IMG/VR virus record: IMGVR_UViG_3300032323_003835
Location: 47,206 to 111,205 of that record
Reading direction: 5' to 3' (one strand)
Source: a virus
DNA length: 64,000 bases
A program made the position numbers and the translations under genes. Positions within the stretch are counted from its first letter, which is position 1; each line of letters begins with the position of its first letter. Below, piece by piece: positions 40,041-49,931 of the stretch. The notes beneath the pieces were generated by a model, which was given only the letters and a program-made list of their open reading frames with translations, had not been told where the DNA came from and made no database searches.

Positions 40041-40310
40041 TTATCCAAAAACCAATTGGCCAACTTGAATACTTCTCCAAGCGAACTTTTCCAAATCATA
40101 GAATGGAAGAATTTTGGGAGAAGCCTCGTTTCCAGATTTAGGTTGTTGGTCTGCTGGAATATTAGACATGTCTAAAGTTCCATAGGCTAATCTTAACGAA
40201 CCATCTTTTTTTCGGAATGCGAAATTAACTGGTCCTGATTTTAATCTTTGTCTTAGGTCTTCAATTGATGATTCAGGAATTGAAGGACCGGGTGTCGTGT
40301 TTGTTAACAT
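40041..40310 (-). CDS. WYL_2/SH3-like beta-barrel protein
   Basis: VNFAFRKKDGSLRLAYGTL...FYDLEKFAWRS. Confidence 0.7.
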   Translation of the reverse strand: MLTNTTPGPSIPESSIEDLRQRLKSGPVNFAFRKKDGSLRLAYGTLDMSNIPADQQPKSGNEASPKILPFYDLEKFAWRSIQVGQLVFG

Positions 40311-40616
40311 GGTTATTTGTTTTTAAGTACGAGGTAAAATTAATAATAAACCTCGAAATAAAAAAATGTTTGGAATAATTTTTTTTCCACCCAAAACCTA
40401 GCTATGTTCACCTCGTGGACCGGCGTGAGGGCACCCTCGGATGATGTCTTTCGATTCCTCCTCCCGAATTTCGGCTGGAGGACCGATGTATCCGATTACG
40501 AGGGCGCCCCGACTCAACACTACGTGCAGATGTTTGGAAGAGTAAGTCCACAAAAAAACCTAGAACTTTTGGTTCCAGGTTTGGCTGTGTTTTACTTCCA
40601 GGTTTGGCAGATTTCC

Positions 40617-40892
40617 CTATTCAATCACTGCTGATATACCAGCATCAGTTAGGGCTTCTTTCATGGGTTGTAATTTGGTTTTACTTCCTGATTTAACTTG
40701 GCATTTACCTTTCGTATGAATCAATAAAGCGCACTGTTCTGCTTGTTCTGGTGTATGCTTAAGATAATTACATAGACAAGTTATGACCCAGTCAAACGTG
40801 TTAAAATCATCGTTATACACGATTAATTTGGATTCAATGAAGTCTTCTACTGAGACATCTGATAATTCTACTTCATCTAATTGAGTTGACAT
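40617..40892 (-). CDS. clpS: ATP-dependent Clp protease adaptor ClpS
   Basis: LIVYNDDFNTFDWV...EQAEQCALLIHTKGKC. Confidence 0.88.
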   Translation of the reverse strand: MSTQLDEVELSDVSVEDFIESKLIVYNDDFNTFDWVITCLCNYLKHTPEQAEQCALLIHTKGKCQVKSGSKTKLQPMKEALTDAGISAVIE

Positions 40893-40984
40893 ATACATAT
40901 TTATTTGAGAAAGCAAATATAGGATTATATCGCGGAAAATTAAAATGTTTCCCTCGTACGCGTGCGGGGTCCTCCCACCATCCC

Positions 40985-41452
40985 CTAGAACAAAATACTC
41001 AGTGCCTTTGCTGTATCCTTCTCCTGTTGCTGAGGAGTTGGCGTGTCCTGGGGTAGATTTAGATATTCCTTAAGTATACCCCAATCTTTAGATCCAACAT
41101 TAGGAATAGTGATTAGCATAGGTAGCATATCTTCGTGGCTACATCTAAGGTAATCTAATTCCTTCTCCCTCATATAACCAATAATAAATGCCGATATCTT
41201 TTCACTTAGGCAGTTGTCGATTGAGAACTTAGCTCCATAATGATGTTTCCAAAAATCCTCTCTCTTATCAGAGGAGTGTAGTTTTAGTCCTAACGTGGAT
41301 GCTACCTTGCTTATCTGTTTACTGGTTGTCCTAGAATACTTACCTCTTGCTTGGATGTGACCGTCTTTGATATCAGCAACATGTGTTTCATAACTGATAA
41401 CCTTATTACCTTGTAGGAATATGTTGTTACCTAATTTAAAATTTAGTTGCAT
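40985..41452 (-). CDS. Hypothetical protein
   Basis: SYETHVA...YSRTTSKQ motif. Confidence 0.65.
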   Translation of the reverse strand: MQLNFKLGNNIFLQGNKVISYETHVADIKDGHIQARGKYSRTTSKQISKVASTLGLKLHSSDKREDFWKHHYGAKFSIDNCLSEKISAFIIGYMREKELDYLRCSHEDMLPMLITIPNVGSKDWGILKEYLNLPQDTPTPQQQEKDTAKALSILF

Positions 41453-41454
41453 GA

Positions 41455-41646
41455 TTAGAAGTTTATCGGGTTAGGATAAGGAGTAGTTGTGGTCATCCAT
41501 TCACAATTTGTTAAAGAGTAATCTAGCATCTCTTCGATGAATTCATGTGCGTCGTCGCTTGGATTCATGTCATGTAAAGATAGGATATCAACCTTACCCG
41601 TTTCGAAGTTAAGGATAACTGCATACGATGTTTTTTGTGTACTCAT
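41455..41646 (-). CDS. Hypothetical protein
   Basis: First gene below a promoter. Confidence 0.6.
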   Translation of the reverse strand: MSTQKTSYAVILNFETGKVDILSLHDMNPSDDAHEFIEEMLDYSLTNCEWMTTTTPYPNPINF

Positions 41647-41831
41647 GTCGTGTTTATTTTATGATGTAAATATATGAAAATGAGGCGGAAAGAAAAAATG
41701 TCCTCGGAAGTATTCATGAATGCAGATAGACTGCACACTTAGGAGTGAGGGCGCCCTGACGATAGACCACAGTTTCTATTTGGATTCCTCCACACACAAA
41801 AAACCCTTACCATTTCTGATAAGGGATTTTA

Positions 41832-42776
41832 CTATATTTTTTCTAGAACTATTCCTGTTTGGTATAAAGGTATCTGTGATGCGCTTGGGTTCTGTTTGGG
41901 ATAGGATAGCATAAAGACTGTTTGGGGTATATGCTTATGTATAAAGGATCCATAATATTTAAGCTCATCGGTTGCCCCTAATATTTCGTCTATTACCATC
42001 TTGTGCAATAAATATGGTTGTCCCCCTTGTACCATATCTTTAATTAGGATTACCATCTTAGCACCCTTCCCCATAAAAGGTATGCATTGTATATACATCG
42101 TTCTTATTAAATCCCAAAACTCTTCACCTTTTTGCAATCCAAAGTTTTCGTTATTTTGGTAATTAAAAGTCTTTTCTGTTTTTACTCCATCCTTTATTCT
42201 TAATGTTCTTTGAGGTGCATCTGATGAATATCCAGACGCCATTCTAGGATATGGGGTACCATTTAACACTAAAGATATCTGTCCATTTTTTATACCATTT
42301 CTCCCCAATATGTCGGTCAAATTTCTCGCATCACCATTCTCAAATATATTTTTTCCAGTAGCAGGATCTGTCAATCTCTTATATTGGTGTTTTATATTTG
42401 CTGATGATATCTGGGGGAATTCAAGTTCGATCCCTATCCCATTTCTCCCGTGATTTATAGATTCGACTATTGCTGTACCCGTTCCTACCGTAGGATCAAA
42501 TACCCAGTCACCCTCTTTGGTGAAATTTTGAATTGCCCATCTATATCCAAGAAAATGCCCAGGTGCAATATGTTTCTCTGCACTTGGATTGTAGTAATTA
42601 TTTCTTGCTAATTGGGAATAATATTTATCTATATCGGTATTGTATATTTCACCCAAGAAGTTTGTTCTACAATATTCGCACGTACAGTGATAATCCTGGG
42701 GTATCCTATCTCTAGACAGGAGTATCTCCGTTATATCAACATTACTGTCGTATTGATTTTTTAAATTTTTTAGCAT
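41832..42776 (-). CDS. Amino (N4C/N6A) DNA methyltransferase-like protein
   Basis: VFDPTVGTGT SAM motif, IGIEL, GDAR, and LNGTPY at the catalytic (T/N)PPY position. Confidence 0.65.
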   Translation of the reverse strand: MLKNLKNQYDSNVDITEILLSRDRIPQDYHCTCEYCRTNFLGEIYNTDIDKYYSQLARNNYYNPSAEKHIAPGHFLGYRWAIQNFTKEGDWVFDPTVGTGTAIVESINHGRNGIGIELEFPQISSANIKHQYKRLTDPATGKNIFENGDARNLTDILGRNGIKNGQISLVLNGTPYPRMASGYSSDAPQRTLRIKDGVKTEKTFNYQNNENFGLQKGEEFWDLIRTMYIQCIPFMGKGAKMVILIKDMVQGGQPYLLHKMVIDEILGATDELKYYGSFIHKHIPQTVFMLSYPKQNPSASQIPLYQTGIVLEKI

Positions 42777-43501
42777 CTTTTTTTGTTAACATTTATTATA
42801 GATATTAAATCATTTAAGATTTCTTTAGTTCCTGAAAAATTTCTTTTTCTTAATCTTTCTATATTACCAATCACAGTTTCGGGATTGTTGGACTCGTTTA
42901 TATATTTTATAATTTCATCCGAATCACACATGTTTAATAATTCAACATTGGCTTTTTTGTAATCATTCTTCCAGTCCCCTATTGATGATTTGAGTTGAAA
43001 TTCCTGAAGCCTCGTATTTTCTGTTACTGTAACGACGTTGCATTTTCTCGCTTCATCCATCAGGTTAAAAAATTCCTTCCAAAGCAAAGATGCCCCATTC
43101 TCATGTATATGTGTTAACACCTTGTATTGATTTTCCCTGTGTTCGTCAACACAGAATTTTTTTTCGTCCAATGACATTAACAGAACCCCAGAAGAGACAT
43201 AGAATGTTTCTTTATCATCTTCTATATTAACAAACTTTTTTGTTATGTTATGTATATGCTTTTGATATCCCTGTGTAAGATAATGTTCAAAATTGCCAAG
43301 ACTAAATGCTAATTTACTTGGTATGTTATTTTTCCAACAGTATTCCCACTTGTCTTCTTTTAATTCTATAAAGAGAGATTTTATTTGTTGAGTTTTTAAA
43401 ACGGGAAATCTGGGATCCTGATAATCCGCAAATTTATTAGATTCTTCTTCTGTACCAAAAATAAATTCGATAAAGTCTTTTGAAATTGATTGATTTTTCA
43501 T
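42770..43501 (-). CDS. Hypothetical protein coupled to the methyltransferase
   Basis: 243-aa ORF overlapping the methyltransferase start. Confidence 0.65.
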   Translation of the reverse strand: MKNQSISKDFIEFIFGTEEESNKFADYQDPRFPVLKTQQIKSLFIELKEDKWEYCWKNNIPSKLAFSLGNFEHYLTQGYQKHIHNITKKFVNIEDDKETFYVSSGVLLMSLDEKKFCVDEHRENQYKVLTHIHENGASLLWKEFFNLMDEARKCNVVTVTENTRLQEFQLKSSIGDWKNDYKKANVELLNMCDSDEIIKYINESNNPETVIGNIERLRKRNFSGTKEILNDLISIINVNKKRC

Positions 43502-43728
43502 GTCGTGTGTTTTTAATTATGATGTAAATATATGAAAACGGGGCGTAATAAAAAAATGTCCTCAGGATTTATAGAACCCATACCAATGTTTCCAAGAATT
43601 GATTCAGCCGTTAGTCAGGGCGCCCTCACCACACTATACGCTTTCCCTATGGAGGAAGAAACCTCCACACACAAAAAAGGCCAGACTAATCTGACCTTCC
43701 CTGTTTACTTACTAACACCTAACCTTCC

Positions 43729-44016
43729 TTATACCTCAACAACCTCTGGTTGTGAAATTTTGTATTCTTTTTTAACCTTTGGCTTTTCTTCGTATCCTAA
43801 ACCGGTGATACACTTATCCATACAACCTACGATTAAATCTGGAGAGATAATATGTCTTTCGTATTTCTTAGGATTTACTACGATATCCTGTTTCGTGATT
43901 TCACAAATATGTAAAATCCTTTCTCTTACAATTGTTAACTCTAATGGGCTTAATTCTTTTATTAGATTTCTAATCAGCAACGAAGCTGATTTTCCTTTCT
44001 TAGGTCTTCTTGGCAT
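43729..44016 (-). CDS. Hypothetical protein
   Basis: Operon member upstream of a terminator. Confidence 0.55.
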   Translation of the reverse strand: MPRRPKKGKSASLLIRNLIKELSPLELTIVRERILHICEITKQDIVVNPKKYERHIISPDLIVGCMDKCITGLGYEEKPKVKKEYKISQPEVVEV

Positions 44017-44022
44017 TTCTTT

Positions 44023-44238
44023 TTATTTATTTTGCAAATTTAATACTTCTACTCGAGAATTAATAATGTTCTGACTCGGTTCCCATTTATGCATTCTCTG
44101 AACTAGGAACTCCGCTGATTGTAGATTATCCGCGGGAATTAAAAGTCCTTTACCTACCGCATAATATCCATCATTCAATCTAAGAACTCTTGGCTCTCCT
44201 GAGGTGTCTATACTGATCCCGTCTGAAAATCTTAACAT
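44023..44238 (-). CDS. Hypothetical protein
   Basis: FSDGISIDTSG...DGYYAVGKG. Confidence 0.6.
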   Translation of the reverse strand: MLRFSDGISIDTSGEPRVLRLNDGYYAVGKGLLIPADNLQSAEFLVQRMHKWEPSQNIINSRVEVLNLQNK

Positions 44239-44239
44239 A

Positions 44240-44452
44240 TTAATTTGTTTTAGGAGCGAACATTTTTCGTCCCATGTTTATAAAGTTATCGTACTCTTCT
44301 TCTCCCATCGCGGATTTTAATTCTTCGACATGAGAGTTATGCTCTTTAATTTTTTCGAGAGCATCCAGCCACTTTCCTGATTCTTTTAATTCTTTTACTT
44401 CCCAGTTGGTGTCTAACACCTTCCTGAAGATTAGAGATTGTTCGTTTGTCAT
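44240..44452 (-). CDS. Hypothetical protein
   Basis: Start at MTNEQ (44452); C-terminus resembles that of 46321..46518. Confidence 0.6.
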   Translation of the reverse strand: MTNEQSLIFRKVLDTNWEVKELKESGKWLDALEKIKEHNSHVEELKSAMGEEEYDNFINMGRKMFAPKTN

Positions 44453-44528
44453 CGTTTGATTTATTTTATGATGCAAATGTATAAGGGAAGTGCGGGTTTT
44501 AAAAATGTTTTCCCCGCATTTCCTAGAT

Positions 44529-44756
44529 TTAAACAAATAAAGCCATTTCTCCTGGATCCATACTTTCCAAATCGTTAGATCTGATTTCATCATAGGTGTA
44601 ACCATCAATGGTAACTATGGTAACTCGGTCTTCATCTTTTTTGGATACATCCTTGACAAAGCAAGGTGTTCCTATCCAGTGCATCATTTCTCTGCCGTTT
44701 AGTTCCCTGAAGAAATCAAAATTCGGGTTCGTGGTTTGGGGTTTTTTTGGTTTCAT
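44529..44756 (-). CDS. Hypothetical protein
   Basis: Promoter upstream. Confidence 0.55.
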   Translation of the reverse strand: MKPKKPQTTNPNFDFFRELNGREMMHWIGTPCFVKDVSKKDEDRVTIVTIDGYTYDEIRSNDLESMDPGEMALFV

Positions 44757-45006
44757 TGTTAGGTTTTTATCTGTTAGTAAATTATAGTACGAATTTATAA
44801 CATTTCCGCGGGAATAAAAAATGTTATTCCCCTACAGGGGGAACATGGGGTACTTCAGGTACATGTGGAACATCTGGTACATACAACCGGTGAGGGCGCC
44901 CTGACGTGTTTTACGCCCAGCGTACATCACTAATTCTAGGGCATAAAAAAACCCCAGACTATAAGTCTGAGGTTTAAAACTAAAAATAAACAAAAACTAT
45001 CTCACA

Positions 45007-45660
45007 TTACCAAAGACCATATGAACTGAATAGGTCTAAATCTTTAATCCATTCGTTTGAACGACGAACTGTTTCTGGTATGTATATTTTTTCAAAGCAA
45101 TCTGGGCGTTTATCAACTGCATTAATGACCTGCTGGTTATAACTTAATCCTGGTACTAGAATACCAATTTCTTCCATGAACTTTAGGGATTTGGCTTCTC
45201 TATACTTTTTACATTGAGGACCAATTCCGTTTTCAATACTCTCAGGAACAGTTAGAGGTAATCCACATTTGCAACAAATACCTTGATGGTACATGCCTAG
45301 TTTTCCTCCTCCTTCCAACCTTTCCAAATCACCCCAACTTCTTATTAGCCAATTCATGGTTTGTATTCCAACGTGATCGTTAGCAACATATCCAGATGGT
45401 TTAAACGTTTTCATCTTTCTATCAACTCGTCCAATGTACTTCAAACCCTGATACTGGTCATTCAGTGCACGTACATGAACATCAAAGAGTCTTGTCTCTT
45501 CGGGTTGGTCTCGCTTTCTTTTAAGTTTCTGAACCTTAAATGTGATGTAGGTTCCTTTCTCTTTGTTCTCAAGCGTAAATAGAGCTTTACCCTGAAAGAT
45601 GAACGTCTTGAATGCTGCTGCATCCAACTTGTGGCTTGTCGCGTGTTTTAGATATCCCAT
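45007..45660 (-). CDS. DUF6011-like zinc-finger protein
   Basis: CCKCGLPLTVPESIENGIGPQC. Confidence 0.7.
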   Translation of the reverse strand: MGYLKHATSHKLDAAAFKTFIFQGKALFTLENKEKGTYITFKVQKLKRKRDQPEETRLFDVHVRALNDQYQGLKYIGRVDRKMKTFKPSGYVANDHVGIQTMNWLIRSWGDLERLEGGGKLGMYHQGICCKCGLPLTVPESIENGIGPQCKKYREAKSLKFMEEIGILVPGLSYNQQVINAVDKRPDCFEKIYIPETVRRSNEWIKDLDLFSSYGLW

Positions 45661-45664
45661 GTTG

Positions 45665-46048
45665 TTATTTTGTGTAATAAGGATCCAAATCTGGGTTTGG
45701 AATCATCTTCCAATTCTTCTCTGCTGCACCCTTTGTGGTTCCATAGGTACCTAGCATTATCTCTGTTGAGCAAGACTTAATCTCTCTCAGTGCAGCTTCG
45801 TAATCTCCTCCTTTAATAAACGATTCAATTACTTCAATCTGTGATTGTGGTATTGCTGCTCTATAAACAACAGCATGTCTTTGCTGATTAGCCTGAGCAC
45901 GTAGACACATCGCAAACTGCTTAGAATTCTTCTCTTTCTTATCACTATCATTAAAGAATAGAGCTGCTGAAGCATCGTCTATATCATGTACGAACGATTC
46001 TACACCGTGACAATCTGCTAATCCGTAAAACCAATGAGTTAATTCCAT
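45665..46048 (-). CDS. Hypothetical protein
   Basis: GLADCHGVESF...ANQQRHAVVY...IPNPDLDPY. Confidence 0.65.
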   Translation of the reverse strand: MELTHWFYGLADCHGVESFVHDIDDASAALFFNDSDKKEKNSKQFAMCLRAQANQQRHAVVYRAAIPQSQIEVIESFIKGGDYEAALREIKSCSTEIMLGTYGTTKGAAEKNWKMIPNPDLDPYYTK

Positions 46049-46320
46049 ATTCTATCTTTTTATAGGATAAAAATAAAGAATTTCCTCGGTGAATAAAAAT
46101 GTAATTCGATTTACACCCGTACGCGTGCGGGGTCCTTCCCATATCCCCTTCCTAATATGCAAAGCCAAACCTCCTTTAAATGCAAAGCCATATGCACACT
46201 GAGTCGGGGCGCCCTCGTGGTGTTTTTCGACAGTCAAGAATCGAAAACCTTAGGGCACGAAAAAGCCCTCCATTGCTGGTAGGGCGATTTCTGCTAACTG
46301 GGGGGAGTCAGCGAAGTGAC

Positions 46321-46518
46321 TTATGAAAACAGAGGAGATACTTTTACCATGAATTTGATGTAGTCCCTGAAGGCCATAGTATTCATGAGCTTATTCTTTT
46401 TCTCTTCTATTTTGTATTGAATGTGTGTTTTCCTATCTTCATCTCTTTCTGTTTTTAGGGAGTAAAACAAATCTAATATGTTATTAAATATTTCTTGCTG
46501 TTCCGAGTTAAGGTTCAT
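46321..46518 (-). CDS. Hypothetical protein
   Basis: 65-aa ORF upstream of a terminator. Confidence 0.5.
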   Translation of the reverse strand: MNLNSEQQEIFNNILDLFYSLKTERDEDRKTHIQYKIEEKKNKLMNTMAFRDYIKFMVKVSPLFS

Positions 46519-46565
46519 ACAATTGAATCTAATGATGAAATGATAACTATTATATCTTACACATT

Positions 46566-46892
46566 TTAGATTGTTTCGAATTGGGGTTTGAACTTTTTAA
46601 CTTGTCCGTAATCCCTAGCATAAACCATAATACGAATTGCTTTAACGATTGTGGAATCTGCTCTGGAAAAGGCTGCTCCCAATTTATCTTCCAGAATTGA
46701 TTGAACGAATCCTCCACCGATACGATATGCGTGCTGAGTCATGTAGATGGAAGCTACAATATCAGTAACATGGCTAATCTGTGAATCATTAAAATCCTCT
46801 CGTGAAGGATATGCAAAACCTTTAAAGAAATCATTAACAGTTTCAGCTGCGCTTGTGCGAAAATCTTGTTCATCGAATTTTTGTGTGTTCAT
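46566..46892 (-). CDS. Hypothetical protein
   Basis: ACACGAC leader and promoter upstream; GGGFVQS..AD motif. Confidence 0.65.
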   Translation of the reverse strand: MNTQKFDEQDFRTSAAETVNDFFKGFAYPSREDFNDSQISHVTDIVASIYMTQHAYRIGGGFVQSILEDKLGAAFSRADSTIVKAIRIMVYARDYGQVKKFKPQFETI

Positions 46893-47496
46893 GTCGTGTA
46901 TTTTTATTTAAGGTAAATGTAATGATTTTCCGCGCGGATAAAAAATGAGAGGTATAAAAAAACCCAAGCTAATAGCTTGGGTATTTTTTTGAAAATGAAT
47001 TCACACGACTAAATTCACATTCGGTAATTGTTGCTGAAAGAATCCTCATTCGTTAAAGCAGATTACCCTTCATTGTTAGATGGTTACCCATCCTATTTTG
47101 AAGCTCTTATATTCCTGAAACAACTTGTACCAATAAGATGTTTCTGGGTTGTAAATATTGTTATGATTATGCTCCTTCATTATCTTTTACTGCTTTCTCT
47201 TTGGTTTGTTTCACCGGACGAGTAGCTTCTTTCCAAACACTTTTTGGAACGAATTTGTATCCACGATTCTTAACCATCAATTCAGCTTCGTCATCATTTA
47301 CTCTTCTGATATCATTTGCCTTTTGTACCGTCTTCATACTTCTTTAATTTGATTCTGAGTTTGTGATTTTCTCTACATAATAGTCTGTTACGACATTTTA
47401 GTTTCATGGTTTCTTTACCAGAAATAACAAGAGAAATCAGAAGAACCAATATTGCAAGGCCGGCGCTGATTATTGGGAAAGCCATCTTTGGGATTT

Positions 47497-47724
47497 TTAT
47501 TTAGATACTCTATAATATCCGTCAGGACTCAAGGTACTGTAAATTCGTGTTTCTCCGTCTTCAAAATCAACTATGATGTTATTACCCTGCCACATTGCTC
47601 TAACTGGCTGACCACTAGTTTCGATACTATAAGGGTTGTACTGGTCGATCCATGGACGGAAACATCTTTGTCCATAAGGGATGTCGATTAGACCGAACAT
47701 CCTGGCTTTTTCAAAATTACTCAT
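47497..47724 (-). CDS. Hypothetical protein
   Basis: Coupled to the upstream gene. Confidence 0.55.
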   Translation of the reverse strand: MSNFEKARMFGLIDIPYGQRCFRPWIDQYNPYSIETSGQPVRAMWQGNNIIVDFEDGETRIYSTLSPDGYYRVSK

Positions 47725-47933
47725 ACCATTTGGAATTTGATTTTTTCAATCTCGGAAAGGAGCATATCATACTTCTCCTTCCTGTCCTTGTTCTCTTCTG
47801 TTAATTTTTCGCAAAGAAATTTTGCTTGTGTTTTCGCTGCGTTAAATACCTCTTCAAGGTCTTTCTGAGACACGAGGTCCCATTTAAGACTGTGATAGAT
47901 TTTACGAACTAAATCTAGTGCTTCTTTTTTCAT
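47721..47933 (-). CDS. Hypothetical protein
   Basis: Start at MKKEAL (47933) after an ACACGAC leader. Confidence 0.6.
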   Translation of the reverse strand: MKKEALDLVRKIYHSLKWDLVSQKDLEEVFNAAKTQAKFLCEKLTEENKDRKEKYDMLLSEIEKIKFQMV

Positions 47934-47985
47934 GTCGTGTGTTTTATGAGGCAAAAGTAATACAGTTTCGGGGTAGCAAAAAATG

Positions 47986-48222
47986 CTAATAGATTCCGTA
48001 ATCAACTAACTGACATTCGTGATCTTCTAACTTTCTAAGGTCCTTTAGATGAATCTCTGGAAACATATACCACATTGCTTCGTGGAGAGGTGAAGGTAAT
48101 ACTGCGGGTTGGATTGATGTGACACTACTAGTCTCCCATACCCTAACAACCGTACCAGCAGGAAATCTGTGTCCTCTGAGATTGATTGTTGATCTTACAA
48201 TTGCTAATTTAGTGTTTATCAT
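47986..48222 (-). CDS. Hypothetical protein
   Basis: Start at MINTK (48222). Confidence 0.5.
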   Translation of the reverse strand: MINTKLAIVRSTINLRGHRFPAGTVVRVWETSSVTSIQPAVLPSPLHEAMWYMFPEIHLKDLRKLEDHECQLVDYGIY

Positions 48223-48307
48223 GGTGCAAAAGTAACGATCAGGTGCCGGTAATAAAAATGTAGACAGAAAACATCCGCGGAAGTATCCGCAGTGATGGTG
48301 AGGGCGC

Positions 48308-48808
48308 CTACTCCTCGGTCCAATGGAGAAACATCTGAACGACGTATTCATCTTCTCCACACACTAAAGGTTCTCTCCAATGTTCCAACGTCCGTCCAGC
48401 AACGAGGTTGCCCTCACCGGTTATCGTACGGAATTCGACATTGCCTTCCTCTCCTTTTACTATCAAAGGCCAATCATGTTTTAAATTAGTGAATAGACAA
48501 ACAGAAACTGTCCAATCTAAGCCATCGCGGTCTTTGTGTGGATGAAGTGTTGACTCATTATTGTATATGCGGCAATAGGGATTAGCTTCTTTTAATTTTC
48601 TACCACTTACTTCAGTTACGAGTGGTGTAAATCTTCTAAGACATTCCCAAGCACCGGGGGTGGATCCACCAAACGAATTCTTGTAATACTTGGTGTCTTT
48701 TTCTTCGACTATGGAACCACTTTTAAGGTGTTCAAAGACTTCCAGAGCAAGGTTCTCGCATTCTTCAGGTGATAGAATGCTTCCTAAATTGAAATATAGA
48801 TTGTTCAT
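48308..48808 (-). CDS. 2OG-Fe(II) oxygenase-like protein
   Basis: RIY...LHPHKDR (HxD), HWREPL, QMFLHW. Confidence 0.75.
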   Translation of the reverse strand: MNNLYFNLGSILSPEECENLALEVFEHLKSGSIVEEKDTKYYKNSFGGSTPGAWECLRRFTPLVTEVSGRKLKEANPYCRIYNNESTLHPHKDRDGLDWTVSVCLFTNLKHDWPLIVKGEEGNVEFRTITGEGNLVAGRTLEHWREPLVCGEDEYVVQMFLHWTEE

Positions 48809-49177
48809 GTGTGTTATAGACGTATTTACCTATATGTATTCACGTACGCGTGCGGGGTCCTTCCCATAGCCCCATACACAAAAAAGGCCAGCATTGCTGC
48901 TGGCCCGAGATTCCAAAGAATCTCCACACACACGTCTTTATTTATACGGAGGTTTAACTATAAGGGAAAGTAACACAAGATAGATGTGTTTGATCCAACC
49001 TCTAACGGTATTCTGCCTCTCGTAATTTTCATACTTCTTATTGTAGTAATCGTGATCTTTCATTGCCCTTGGATTTTTTTGGTTTAGGTTTAGGCTTAGG
49101 TTTTCTCACACTTCCCCCAGGAGTTCCCTTAACAACATCATAGTATCCCATATCTCTTATATTAAAAGGTTAAAAAA

Positions 49178-49504
49178 TTACTCAGTCTGGTGATTATAGA
49201 ACTCCTCAAAATCCTTAGCAGCTTTTGGATTGATCTCTTTTAAAAACTCCAAAGATAATTCATATCTGCCGTTAACCGTAGACGTGTGAAAGTACTCATC
49301 ATGCAGTTCTAAATTTTTCTGGGTCAGTTCCTCAATTTTCAGGTTCAATTCCTCAATGTCGTTTTCTTGATTGCTTACTTTAACCATTAACCAAATTGCA
49401 ACAAGAGAGCTGATGACAAACATCAAAGCCCATCTGCTACGGATTCTTCTTTCTCTAGCAGTCATACCTCTAGTGTATGTCTCGAATGGATTGTTAATCT
49501 TCAT
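49178..49504 (-). CDS. Membrane-anchored coiled-coil protein
   Basis: One TM segment, then heptad repeats. Confidence 0.6.
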   Translation of the reverse strand: MKINNPFETYTRGMTARERRIRSRWALMFVISSLVAIWLMVKVSNQENDIEELNLKIEELTQKNLELHDEYFHTSTVNGRYELSLEFLKEINPKAAKDFEEFYNHQTE

Positions 49505-49931
49505 CTTCGTCGTTTATATTATTTAATGCAGAGCTGATTGTTTTCCAGCCTGAATATCTATCATATGTATCACGAAAAGTCCATTCTCCATCTTTAAAAA
49601 GATATAGGTAAGGCCAATTGAGATTGGTTTGGAATTCTTCTAGCGTGACAATCTTGGATTCCATCTTCGATTCTCCGCGATCTCTTCCGTACGCTAAACA
49701 CCAATTTTGATTCTGGGATGTGAAATCGTTGAAGTCTTGCTTCTCTCCGATTTCTTTTCCTAGAGCGGATAGATTGCCTAAGTCTAGTAGCGAATCTACC
49801 TTTGATGAATCGCTATAGTAATTTAACAAATCTTCTCCGACTCCTCCTTCTACATATCCGTCCCAGTGACATGTAATAGCTCTTACTTTTCCGTCTGGAA
49901 GTAATTTTCCGATTCTTGAATTAGTTGACAT
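49494..49931 (-). CDS. Phage hypothetical protein (CHWDGY motif)
   Basis: MSTNSRIG...CHWDGY...G..L...LG.LS.L...AYGRDRGE. Confidence 0.7.
   Translation of the reverse strand: MSTNSRIGKLLPDGKVRAITCHWDGYVEGGVGEDLLNYYSDSSKVDSLLDLGNLSALGKEIGEKQDFNDFTSQNQNWCLAYGRDRGESKMESKIVTLEEFQTNLNWPYLYLFKDGEWTFRDTYDRYSGWKTISSALNNINDEDED

Larger units (their letters stand above)
35582..48865. repeat. Second GC-rich motif CGTACGCGTGCGGGGTCCTYCC and variant TTCGCGAGCGCGGGGTCCTCTCCCCCTCCCCTC
   Basis: Copies at 35582, 37148, 39057, 40955, 46118, 48843, all intergenic and in the same orientation. Confidence 0.85.

Noticed and set aside
48402-48417. Extra palindrome copy ACGAGGTTGCCCTCAC
   Set aside because: Lies inside the oxygenase CDS with a poor left arm and may be chance; not counted, although it is 104 bp (about 10 turns) from the 48298 site
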